Of a DNA stretch of 64,000 nucleotides, positions 12,923 through 25,463 are shown in pieces. The DNA comes from Lobosporangium transversale (Eukaryota): assembly GCF_002105155.1 (NCBI RefSeq), contig NW_019029013.1, positions 124,001 to 188,000 on the forward strand. The letters are read 5' to 3'. Position 1 is the first letter of the stretch. The number at the start of each line of letters is the position of its first letter. Below the pieces are notes generated by a model, which made no database searches, was not told where the DNA came from, and was given only the letters and a program-made list of their open reading frames with translations. The position numbers and the translations under genes were made by a program.

Positions 12923-15900
12923 ATGTCGGGTTCAGACTCTGGATCCTCCGATCTTTCAGAAGCCTCGTCCCTGTCGTCCGACAATTCCAGCGGATCTGAG
13001 GCTGACGTGCCGTGGGGTAAGAAGCCGCAGTCAGTCGCAACAGGGACACGGCCCTCACCATTAAACTATCATAAGCGGTCACAGCAGAACAAGAATCAAT
13101 CACAAATCCCTTCATCTTCATTATCACCACGACTACCACTGCCACGTTCAATTACTCGTCCAACAGCACACGATACCTATGCCTCTCTTCCTTCTTCCTC
13201 TTCACCCTTTGGTACATCTGAGTCTGAAAATGCTTCGGATTCGGATGAAGATTCGACAGACCAAGATCAGGCTGCTGTGCACATACAAAAGAAGGGAGCT
13301 AAAGGAACAGGGACTGCAGCCATGGATGCCAAGGCTCCTATCTCTCTCTCGGCCTCACAACCAGTCTACTCAAAAGAGATCATGGAGGGGACTATCCTAC
13401 TTTCGCCCACGAACACAAAGCATAGCAACCATTATTCCAGTAGCTTGGCCTCTAGCCGAGAGAGAGGACGTGGTCGAGGAAGAGCTCCATTGACTGGCCA
13501 TGGAGCTCGCAAATACGACCCAGCAGGTGCCACTGTCATTGACTTTGACGATCCTTCATCAGTATCACTCAGTGACGGAGCCAGTGCTGTTACACATACC
13601 CACGCCCAAACTCTAGCCACAACATCACCTTTAGCAAATAATACTATTACATCTACATCTTCTATGAGCAATATCCCTTCTAATGACCCTGCTGTACGCA
13701 AGAAGAAGTCGAAAGACACCACTGCTGCAGATCGTTCCAAATCAAAAACCTCGATGACTACTAATGGAACCAAGAAGTCTGGTCGCCGGAAAGTAGGCAG
13801 GCCAAAGACAGTGTCTAAAGACGTTTACTGTATATGTCGGGAGCCTTATGATGGTGTTGAGTTCATGGTCGCCTGCGATCGTTGTGAAGGTGAATATAGA
13901 AAAAAAAACGCTTTTGAGAAGGAAACAGAGCACTGATCTGATCGGATACATAAGCACTAGCCTTTTTAATCTTCGCATTATTACTAAAACTGATTCTCGT
14001 TTTATTGTCCATTTTGCATTTAGAGTGGTTCCATGGCCGGTGTATCGGAATGAGGCCTCAGGACGTGAAAAAGAGCACTCATTATTATTGCGATACTTGT
14101 CAGCGCATACGGAGAATGTTTGGAGTCACAAATGTAACTGGAGAGCCCGCGAAAAGTACAAAAAGCAAAACAGCATCCAAAAAGGACACTGAAAAAGAAA
14201 AGCGTTCTAGGAAGCAGGATGTTTACGAAACCTCATCAGCCTCAAATATACATCATCAGACATTGTCACCATTGAAGATTAAGACGAAATCAACCTCTAA
14301 TGTTATCTCATCGCAAAATACAACTATGACAAATAATAGCGCCCAAGCAATCAACAAGAGTGCTATGACCTTACCTTTTCAGCAGCAGGCGCCTCAAGGT
14401 TTAACCTATGCTAGATCTCTGCCCTCAAATACGAATTATTTTCATTCTCCTAAAGGGCCAAACCAAAGGCCTAATGTAGTACAGCAGAATACTCATATGA
14501 CGCATTATAATACCCTCACTGTGAGACTATCCCATACCCAGCCTTCTTATAACACTATTAATTCCCTTGGTATGTCGGAGGCTTTATACATGTTAGTATA
14601 TGATATTAAAGAGAAGAGTTATATAATGAAATTAACAAAAAGTGGGATACATTTTTTTATAGAACGAATCTCGCAAGATGATGAAGATGAGGACGTATGT
14701 CCAGTCTGCGATTTTGAATGTACATGCAACAACGGCAACAGTGGACCAGTTGACAGGACACTACTGGCTCCTTCTCTCCCACGACCACCGCCAGAGCCAG
14801 CACTGGTATCAACAACAATGATGGAAGGCCCTCATTCTGTCACTGCAATTAAAGTCCCTTTTCAACCAAATATTGTATTGAGAACAGGTTCATCAACTCA
14901 TGCACAGTCAGATCATCTCAATGAAGAGCATCGTTCTTCGTTTATGAACGCTGAGAAACGTCCTGTTATCAAGATGGGAAACCAGCATCCTGATGTTGAT
15001 ATTGATATTGATGTCGATGTCACATCAGACGAAGAATCTTTCCGTACCTCTGCCAAAAACCCGATGTCGGCTACTAGCATCCCTCCCTTCGCCAAGAGGC
15101 GTTTGTCGGTCACGCGACGTGGGGGTAAAGGCGTTGGAAAGTCCTCCTATCCGATGCATGCAGCCAGAGATCAATATACTTCTCATAATAGGCGCGGCAA
15201 AGGTTTGAAAGGCGGGAAAAGCGCAGATGTCATGCACCTTTACTACCAGACGATGTCAGGTTCGGACTCTGACATCTCGGGTGAATACAATGAAGCTGAG
15301 GATAGCAAGCACTTCCATGTACCTACAGATCGGAACATTATTCGAGTGCGTGCACGATACGAGAGCGACGATGATGATAGCGTAGATCAAGGAGAAGAAG
15401 ACGAAGAGAGTATGGATGAGGTTCTATCATTAAGCTCAGTTAATTCATTGACTGATTTTGATGAGAATGATGCTACCCAGGCCGTTATTGTGCCGAAAAA
15501 GATGGCAGGCAGGTTCATAGAAGGACAAGCCAGCAGAATGTCATTTCCGCAACCTGCGTATTCTAAAATGGATACGGATGAAGGCCATACATCGGGCACA
15601 AGCGAGCGGACGGTTATGGTCAGTAAGCGTGGCCCAGGCAGACCCAGGAAAAGGAAGAACAAGGATCCGCTTATTGTCAGCCGAGAGGATGAAATGACGC
15701 TCTATACTCCAGCTGTTGCTTCACGGAAACCAAAGATAGGCTCGAACAAGCCAACCCGCGCTTCAAACAAATATATGGCTCGAACTGATCAGACGTCATC
15801 TGTTTCACATGACCCCAATGTAAACCAGGATGGGGTAGTGCTGGATGCTCTTGAAAATGATAATGCAGGTGATGAGCAACAGATACCTACTACTGCTGCT

Positions 15901-18900
15901 ACTGCAGTTCGGAGTGAGGCTCTTTCGGAATCGTTCAGTGAGAGTGATCTATTCGGAGACAGTGACCTGAGTGATGAGTTAAGTGGAGATTTAAGCGATA
16001 TCATGAGCGATGATTTTGACGACTTGTCGGAGGATGGTCTTGATTTTAATAGTAGCGATGAGGACGATGACGCAAGTAGTACTAGTAGTCCTCGTGAATT
16101 CAACTATTCGGACATGGAAGAGCAAGATGAGTCTTTAGTCGATTCAGATTCATCCATCAACTCTGTGGTCACAGATAGCTCAGACTCTTCAGATGTTAGC
16201 ACGGATTCTGAGAACGTTGGGGACACCTCTGACTCCGAGGACGAAGTAATTGAGTTTGACCAGAATGGTTCACAAGAGCCAATTGATGAGGAAGAATTGA
16301 TGCTTTTGGCGGAGCAGGAGCGTATTTATCTTGCCAAGGCGTATGGTCTGCTCGATATCTTAAGTGATGAAGACTCAGATCCCGACCGAAACCCATTCGA
16401 AAGTTCCGAGGATGATAATAACGAGGATGATGAGCGTGACTTTATTGATGAAGATGAGTATTACTCAGATGATTATGAGGAGGACGATTACTATGAAGAA
16501 GACGAATACAATGAAATCGACGAGCAGGAGATCCTTGCACGCTTAAAGGGCATTCAATCAGATATACAAACGCTTATGACGATCCCTGCAGAGCAGCAGG
16601 AGCAGCTGCTACTACTACAACACTATGGGGAGACCCATCGTCAGCAGCAGGAGCAGCTCCAACTGCAACAGCAAGGACTACCATCTCAATCACACCAGCA
16701 GGAAAAGGAGAAGGAGCAGGAGCAGGACCAACCGTACCAGCTGCAACAACAGAATCAGCTGCAAGCATCCACAATAGACCAGCCTAATATTGACACTCAG
16801 ATTCCTGATTTATTGACAGGCGCCGAACTCCTCCCTACATTTGATATGTCGAGCGTACCAGATCTTGACGCTGTATCAGAACAGCTTGCAGCATCGCTGG
16901 CTAACAGCATTGCTATGAGCATGGCAGCCAAGAAGAATGGCTCATTATTTTCAGACCCAGTGCCAGATGATGGGGATGAGGATATGATAGCGCAAAGGAC
17001 AACAGCGATAGTAACAGCAGATATGGAAAACACTCTTCCCGGTCCTAATGTGTCCCCAATTTCCGCATTCTCTCCAGAGTCTTCAGGCGATACAGCATGG
17101 GCCTCAGCTGCAACAACAGCTGTTGCTCCTTCCCTACCCTCGAGCCTTAGTCCCTCATCTTCCAGTCTTGCATCAATTCATACGATCGCCAACACTCCTA
17201 CACCCGCAAGAATAACAACCACAGAAGCCACCCTATCTCCGCTACTACATACTGAGACCGAAACCCATAAAAATTCACATGTAGATTCATCCGTAGGTTC
17301 GTCGACAAGCACACTATCGCCATCAGCATTGTTTGACAGCAATTTTAAAGCTCAGGAACCTTTGTCGAATGTTAATGGACAGCCTATACAATCCGTGTTA
17401 TCAGAGACCACTTATAGAGTGGTGACGGATCTCGAGCTTTCCATGCTAAACCACCAGTCCAAAGACCAAATCGGAAAAGGTTTTGAGAAGGATGCTCGGA
17501 AGGCATTGATCACACCTATTACCAAAAATGTACACGAAGAGGATGATTTTGGGCTTGTCAGAAGCGAAACCAATCCCTTGGACACAATGTCTGTAGATAC
17601 CCCTAATAATGATCCCAGGAAGCGTAAGGATGATGGTGTGAAGATCAAGGAGGTATGTAATGTGTTTGCATCATTGAAGACAACTATTGGTCACATAAAA
17701 AAGGAAAAAGTTACTAATTGCATGTTGTCTGTTACTTTTTTTTTTGCAAACATTCCAAAGGAGACGCCATATCAAGCAAAGAGGAGGCGCCTGTCGACTA
17801 TTAGCTCTAAAAGCAATTCAGCAATGGATGAAAAGGATTCAATTTCAATACCAGGAAGTGAGCTATCTCTTCATTCTAGTTCAATCAGCGTTTCATCACC
17901 ATCCGAGTCCATACCAGTACCATCATTGCTCGAACCTCTACCCTCATTCGGTACTCATGCCTTTAATAATCATACAACACCCTCACTTATCGCGAGATCT
18001 ATATCTGAGCTTGCTCCGGCGGTAGTGGCCATATCAACAGTGGCTTATGAATTTTCCAAGGCAGCCATGCCATTCATAGATCTATCTGATAAGATTCCCA
18101 TGCCTTCGACTACGCTTCCGAAGCCTGGAGTAAACCCGAACCCCTATCAACAGCAACAGCAAGGATCCTCAGTTCGTACGCGCAAGTATAGCATCTCTAA
18201 GTCTAAGGAGGCAAAGCCATCAACTGTCGAAGTTATACCAATGGATGATCTACTGGATACTTCTGCATTGTATGATCGATCATCCTCTAGGTCTCCATCT
18301 CCAGAACATACGGGGGGAACTATGGATGAAAGTGGTGCTGATAAAGAGACTGAAAGAGAGAAGGCGTTACTCAAGGATCTGCACCGGTGGGAACGTGTAC
18401 CTATTGGTATGTTCAGACGAAGTCGCTTGCCTAGTTTGCCTCATGTAGGATTGCAGCTACAGGGAGCTCTTAAGTCTGGAAACGCAACGACCATGCCAGC
18501 AACCTTGCTAGCTGATCATCAACAACATCAGCAACAACAGCAACAGTTCTATCAAGAACCGCATTGTCTTCAGAGAAGAGTAACTGGCGGTTTACGGAAG
18601 CATCGTTCTTCATCAGCTTCTTCAGATGTGACTCGATTCATGCAAAGTATGCAAACTATGCAAACTAAATCACGGATCCACAGGACCGTTGGATCTTCTT
18701 CTCCTTCGTCTTCCCTTGCACAGGTGGGCAGGATGGCGCAGGATTCACTTCGTGTCGGTGTTCGGAGGCGACGAGCAAGAAGCAGTCATGGCTCTGACCA
18801 CATACCACGATCAAATCCTCATAGTCTAGGTGTAGACCACATTTCCAAATTAGCGGGGTCAAGGATGAATTTTGACTCACTCCATGGTGTTGTTGTGACT

Positions 18901-19251
18901 GCAGCTACAGGAAATGGTCCAAAAAATCGAAGAAGAGGAGCAGATACAGATGCAGATGCAGGCACAGGTGCAGGCGTAGATACAGATGCGTTGCAAAATC
19001 TGATGACAGATGTATCTCAGCCACCGTCGTCGGCGTGTCCGACGCCTATGCACTCGCCACTATTTAGTGCTGCGACTGCTAGTGAGAGAATTGATCATCA
19101 CAGTTCGGGTGAACCTATAATAGCTAAAAATGGAGTTGTGGATGGTGGCGCGAGCGACGATGTGATTATATCTCATCTAGACTTGGATATTGAGAAGGAA
19201 ATGAGTGGATTCCATGAGAGTCTTCGAGCACAACAACAGCAACAACAATAA
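12923..19251 (+). CDS. PHD-finger and AT-hook nuclear protein with large acidic region, about 1997 aa, 4 exons
   Basis: Exons 12923-13889, 14024-14569, 14663-17652, 17761-19251 (5994 nt). PHD C4HC3 YCICREPYDGVEFMVACDRCE|EWFHGRC...YYCDTC spans intron 1. AT-hook-like RKVGRPK and KRGPGRPRKRK; Cys motif CPVCDFECTC; long D/E/S tract. Confidence 0.85.
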
Positions 19252-20493
19252 CAGCAGGGCAAGGCAGAGGATGCAAGTGGTTGTGGTGATAGATGAGAGG
19301 AGAAAACAAGGAGGAGTTTTTCTTTTTGTTGTTATCTTGTGTGATGTTTTTTTTTTTTTTTTTTTTTTTTTTTTCCTCTCTTTCTATTCATCGTAGTATA
19401 TACGTTATTTTTGTTATTGGCTTCAATTGTACACCACTTGTTATATATGTAATCTAATGACTTCTATAGCATTTTTGTCTGCTTCACACAATCTGTATTA
19501 TATTTTTTCTAGAAAAAAATGAGCATCATGAAATAAATAAAAAAATCCTATATATTCTATTCATGCTTTTTCTTTCTCTATTTGGGCGAAGCATCATTTG
19601 TTGGTGTCCAAATGGAGGAGTTGGCTGTATTGTGCCCGGCCTGTGTTTGTGTCTATGTCTGTGTCTGTGTCTGTGTTTGTGGTTTTTTTTTTTGTTGTTT
19701 AGAAAAATAGACAAGATTGCATGAACCTATGTCAACGCCATTGAGTAAATACCACAGCTATTATAGCATAGTTTTATGCTCCATTCAAAAAAGTATGTTC
19801 AGAAGAAGAGTAATAGTATATATTATATACCAATAACAAAAAAGCCATCTATTAATCTCGCTTGAAAATGCCGAAGGAAAGAAGGAAGGAATAGAGATTT
19901 AAAAAAAGGAGGTGCAAGATATGCGTTATTTTTTTTCTTCTCCTTTTCACATTCCTCTCTCCATCACTCCTCGAGGCTTGTGAAAATAACAACAATGATA
20001 ATAAGTGAACCGAGAAAGGTTTTCAATAAAAGCGGGGGAAAAGTTGGATGCGGAACACATCCTATAATATTATATGCCTCAGAAAAGAACAGATAGCATG
20101 TCATCAAGGAGCTAGGGATAGCGATTATTGTTTTATTATTATTATTATTATTGGTAGCAGGAGCTATAGTAATAATAATAGTAGCTTGGAGAATACAGTG
20201 CTTCACCTAGTTGGGTGGTAAAGTAAAAAAGTAAGATGTGGGTATAGAGCGGGGTGTGGATAAAGTACAAACTACGAAGAACAATGAAGTATGCAGAAGT
20301 ATACAATAATGTAGCAAAGGTAAATAAAAAAAAAAAAAAATAAGGTTCGAAAGGCAGAAAAATAGAAGGACTGAGGGACGCGTCCATGAAGAGAGAATAA
20401 TGTGTTCGAGATCCTCCCTCTTCAATTTTTTTTTTCTCGTTCCAGTCAGCTTGGACAACTGGCATGGTGAAGATGACAGAGAGCGCTTTCTTT

Positions 20494-22233
20494 TTACCAG
20501 ACGCGGTCTTCTGTTCCAAAGTAATCAGGGGCTTCATTGTCACCTCCAGCACCACGTCGAACACTGCCTTGGATAAGTTTGGTCTTAACAGTGGCTTGAA
20601 TAGGGTTACGAAGATAACGAACCGTGGGAATATCTCTGAAATCCTGTGCAGTACGGACACCGCCACCATTGCCTCCATCACCGCCAGCCGTTGCGCCACT
20701 ATCAGCTGTAGCGGGCTCCTCACCCTCAGAAGGAATCCCTTTCATGGGTGAGGCGCGGCCGGAGGGGTATAAACCCACGATGTTAAAGTTCATCTCGGAT
20801 GCATCTATAGAGTATCGGCGCATCGACTTGAGCATGCGACGACGGTGAGCATTCTGTTCCAAACGACTGGTACTTTGGTTCTGGCTGTTGAGCATATCCG
20901 ATAACAATGATCGGCGTGGCCCAGGAGCGCCTGGAGTAAGCTGCAAAAAAAAAAAAAAAAAAAAAAAAAAGTTGGATGGAATGTGGTTAGTTGGATCATG
21001 TAAGGAAAAAAAATCTTTAAGCTTATGCATGGAAAAACATAGAAGCGCATGCATGCATGTCATGTTGACAGATGGCATGCTTTTATGCATCAAAAAAGAC
21101 AAGATCACACACACATTCATCCTCCATAAAGAAAAGAAAGAAAGGGATCAGGGGTGGGGAATATGAAAGAATAGAAAGTTCGTCTGCCTATTCTTCTTGG
21201 AGGCTGAATTGTAAATCAAATAACGCAAACGGCTGCCTGCACATATTTTGTTTGTTGTTTGTTTGTGTCGGTTACTGAATTTTCCAATATTGATGACAAT
21301 AACAAATGACAATGAAAATGACGATATGTTTGAGCTCTTTTGCTTCATCACAATAGCAAATGAAAGAGTACATGACACATCGCATCATGTTGACAAAAAA
21401 GAGAGTCCGAAAAAAAATGAGTTGAAGGAATGATTGGAGTTTGCTGTTACCTTGATTTTTCCACCGAGAGAGCCAGCGCCAATGCTGTTTGCGTCATCGG
21501 CATTATCACCAGAACGTTGAGCCATGGAGCCGTTGCTTTCCATCCGAGGGGCTGGGGAGTCTCCATTGGTAGCAATGGTTGTGGTTGTCTCTTCCTCAAT
21601 GGCTCCAACAGGGTATAGGGCAAGGTCATCATGAGAGGTGACGCAGCTGATTGAGCGACGATGGTAGCTTGTTGATCTGCAGAAATAGTCAATCATCCGC
21701 AGAAGCAAAGCATTTTATTTTATTCAAAAAATGGTCATGTTCGAACGAGGTATAGTAGAAGAAAAGGAAAGAGAAAGGTATAAATAGATACAAGATTGTA
21801 AAAAAGGGAAAGATGGTTGAGAATATATGATGATGAGAAACGGATAGAAGAAGGTGCGGATAGGCATTATTTAAATCAAACCATTGTTGTTGTGGACAAG
21901 GACCATTTGGGTATGCAACAGGGCATTGTAGTATGGAGATATAAGGGGCATAGTCCAAAAACATGAGATGTTGTCGGTCGAAGGACACATGGACACCAGA
22001 GAGAACCAAGGCATGACAAATAAATAATAAAAAAATAAGGGGTCGGTTAGTGTTGATGTAATATTCACATTTCTAGGGGAAAGAAAAAAGCAACGACCCC
22101 GTTCTGGACAGATATGCATGCAAGTAGGCGCGTGTGTAAAGAACCGCCACAAAGTTGTTAAAAATCCGACATAAATCAGAATAACATACCCATGACCAGA
22201 TCGGTTGTTTCCTCGGGCGGAGTTGATAAACAT
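20494..22233 (-). CDS. Hypothetical low-complexity protein, 238 aa, 3 exons
   Basis: Exons 22233-22190, 21676-21451, 20940-20494 join in frame via GTATGT/GTAACA donors and TGCAG acceptors: MFINSARGNNRSGHG|STSYHRRSISC...GGKIK|LTPGAPGPRRSLLS...EDRVW*. Confidence 0.6.
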
Positions 22234-23023
22234 GTTATTAATTATTAGTGAGAACTAGTGTAAAGATGGTGAAGGGAAAAAGTCCTTGGTATAGAGCGAA
22301 ATTACAAGGATTTAGATGGAGGATAGGAAATAGAATGGTTGGATGGACTGTATTTAATGAGGAGGTAGATGAGTATGAGGAGGGCTGTTCTTTTGCCGTG
22401 TGGGCGTGCGGGGCAATTGATTTATACTGAAGCAATGAGATGTATTTAATACATATAAATTGCCTGTTGAGAGGAGTTGGAAGATCAAGGTTGGAAGAGG
22501 AAGAGGAAGAGAAGAGAAAGTAATAGAAAACACCAAGATATAGAAATCAGATTAATGAAGTATTATGAAAACGATGATTTTTTTTTTTTTTTAAAAAAAA
22601 AAGCCGGGAATGAAGCCTCATTTTATATCTTTTTTTTTCTCCGAGATCTACCCTTGGCCACACAGAGCAATGGTTCGGTACCGAATGGGCTGCTGAGGAT
22701 GGGAGCAACAACCAATAAAGCGGTTGAATCTAAAGATGAGAGACTGAGATGTTGTTGAATCGAACACGATTGAATGAAGAATGAATCGAATGTAAAGAGA
22801 AATAAAAGGATTTGGAGTGGATTGTGGAGGGGTCGGGGAAGAGGGAGTTGGTGTTGTACAAATGCATAATGCATTAGTGTACAATGCAAGGGATTTGAAA
22901 TTTAACGTCTCTGTTGAGACCCTAAAAACAGAACTCCAAAAAAGAATAGAAAAGAGTACTACTAAATAAAAGAAAGTAATAGAATCGCATTTAACAATAA
23001 GGTAGGCCCGATTAGAGTATTAT

Positions 23024-23057
<34 letters not shown>

Positions 23058-24441
23058 CGGAGATGGTGGACAAAATGAGATCGTACTTTTTCTTATTTCA
23101 TTTAATGAACACGGAAGTACCTCATGGTCACCATGTTACTCTCCCATTGTGATTGGTAAAGCGAGTATTGTTACTATTATCCATTTTTATATTTATTTTT
23201 ATATTTTTATTTAACTCATCTCCTTGTCTTTGACAGGATCATTGATCAGGATTAACTTGTCCCTAGAAACATACTGAAAAACGATGAACAATGCATCTTA
23301 TTACTTACCGTTTTCTACCCATAGCGTGTTTGTTCATCCATGGCGGTGTGCGGGAAAGGGGATTACAAAAGAGTCTACAACAAGGACAGGAGCATAAAAA
23401 AAAGGAGGTTGCGTTGCGTTGAAACGCTAGGAGAAAATATACACATTAATATGTCTGCTGTACATGCATTGCATGCTATGCAAGTTGTAAGCCCGATTAT
23501 TTATTTATTACTTCCACAATGTCAAGCTATTGGCGATAATGCGACGCTGATTCCTAATGCTTGAATGGCTTCTTTCTCTTGTGATACCTTTTTTTTATTT
23601 TTTTAATCTTTGTACACGGACAAAGATAGCATTTAGAAGGAGGACGATCTTATTTTTATTTTTATTTTTACTTTACTCAATCCATAGAAATTACGGATCC
23701 AATTGGCACAGTAAGGAAGGGTCCTTTAGTTCAAAAATAAAATAAAAATAAATAGGGACCCAAGTGTTAGTGTTACCAAAAAGACAGGGCCCTGATTCAA
23801 ATGGACACAATTTCAACGGTCCAAGACAGATGTTACAATAGCAACAGTTCATCATTCAACGATTGCATGGTCATTATGCAAACATGCCCGCGCCTTTTTT
23901 TTTTTTTTTTTTTTTTGCGCGCCAAAACGGTTTTTTTGAACACAAGAGGACCAATAAAAACGCAGGCTCTACCATGGATCTCATTTTTTATTTGTTTTTA
24001 TGGCTATTCTATTCTATTCTATTCTATTTTTTTGTCCGCCCGCTGCGCCCTGTTTCATACCCAAAGTTAGGCAATGTATATATCTTGTTTAGTTTATCGA
24101 ATCTCGATTTCTTTCATTCTTGTCTCTATATTTATATGACAGCTCTCATTAGATATTGTTCCCTGGAATCATATCGAAACAATTAAGGAAAAAAGCAAAA
24201 ATAGAACGACCATACGATCAGCTAGCCTTGAGTTCCCCAAGAAATAAGAAAGAGAAAGAGGAATAGTCGGATAGAAATACAGAGACAGGAACGTAGGGAA
24301 GTGAGGTGGGTAGGAGGGCCCTATGGATAAGATAGTCTATAGGCAGCTGTTCATAGTTTACATATTTTCCCTTCCAAACATCGGCAACAAGGTGTTGTCG
24401 CACAAGATCGTAAGGGTTGTGTTTGCATTACGTTTTCTGCG

Positions 24442-24476
<35 letters not shown>

Positions 24477-25419
24477 CGCTCAGGTTTTCTACAGCTCTCT
24501 CGCTCACCCTCGTCCTCATTTGCTTCCTCTTTTCTTCGCTTTTGAGAGCGATTGACGATTTTATTCATTTCTTACTGCTGGTTGACAGCAGGTAAAGATC
24601 TCCTGGAAATGTTTCATCTCCGAGTGTTTTATTTTCAACCGGGCCCTTATTTCTGGTGCTCATTCTTTTTTTTTTTTTTTTTTTTTTTTGGATCATTCTT
24701 TCAATTGATCAAAAGGTTTGTTCCTCCATTTGTCCATTTGTCCATTTGTCCAGTCTACTAGAACCCTATTCTTTTTCCATATTTTATATGTTTAGAATAC
24801 ATAAATTTTGAATTAACAATGGTCCCGATGAAGCCTATAAAAAATGATTTGGATAACATGTCAGCCAATGGGAGACCTACAATAATGCCATGTCATACAG
24901 AGTCTTCAGCACCTGACACTTGTAGAACCGGAAGGTCCTCAATGAGGTTGCGATACTGCGTAAAAGCACCATATAGTAACGAATTTATGCATCATATTTG
25001 GATCCTCTATTTCTTTTGGCTCCTTTCCCCCTTTTTTAATCGCATAAAAATATGCATCCATGTGGGGGAGGGGGAATCTAAATGTTTGTTTACCTCAGAT
25101 AAGAGGAGGGGACTCAAACGGGCAACCGCGCTTATACCAGCAATGAAAGGGGCTATCTGAGTCCAACGGTCGGTGGTCAATGCAAAAAAAAATTAGTGCA
25201 TCCAATTTTCTTTTACAGTAGCAGTTGTAATATATACATATATATGCCTTGCATGCTATCTCCTTTGATTACTGGCGTTGAAGTCGTAACTTGAAATCGG
25301 AAGTATTGATCCTAACAATGAGCTCAACTGACACTTCCGCCATAAAAGCAAGCAATTGTTATTAGGATAAAAAGACACGGCAGTAACGGTGCGTCTTTGT
25401 TCCAGAAAAAAAATTTCCC

Positions 25420-25422
<3 letters not shown>

Positions 25423-25462
<40 letters not shown>
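25423..25462. repeat. (AAT)n microsatellite, about 13 units
   Basis: Read directly from the sequence. Confidence 0.9.

Positions 25463-25463
<1 letters not shown>

Noticed and set aside
20148..20723. 191-aa overlapping minus-strand ORF
   Set aside because: Alternate frame of the last exon of the 238-aa gene running into T-rich downstream sequence.
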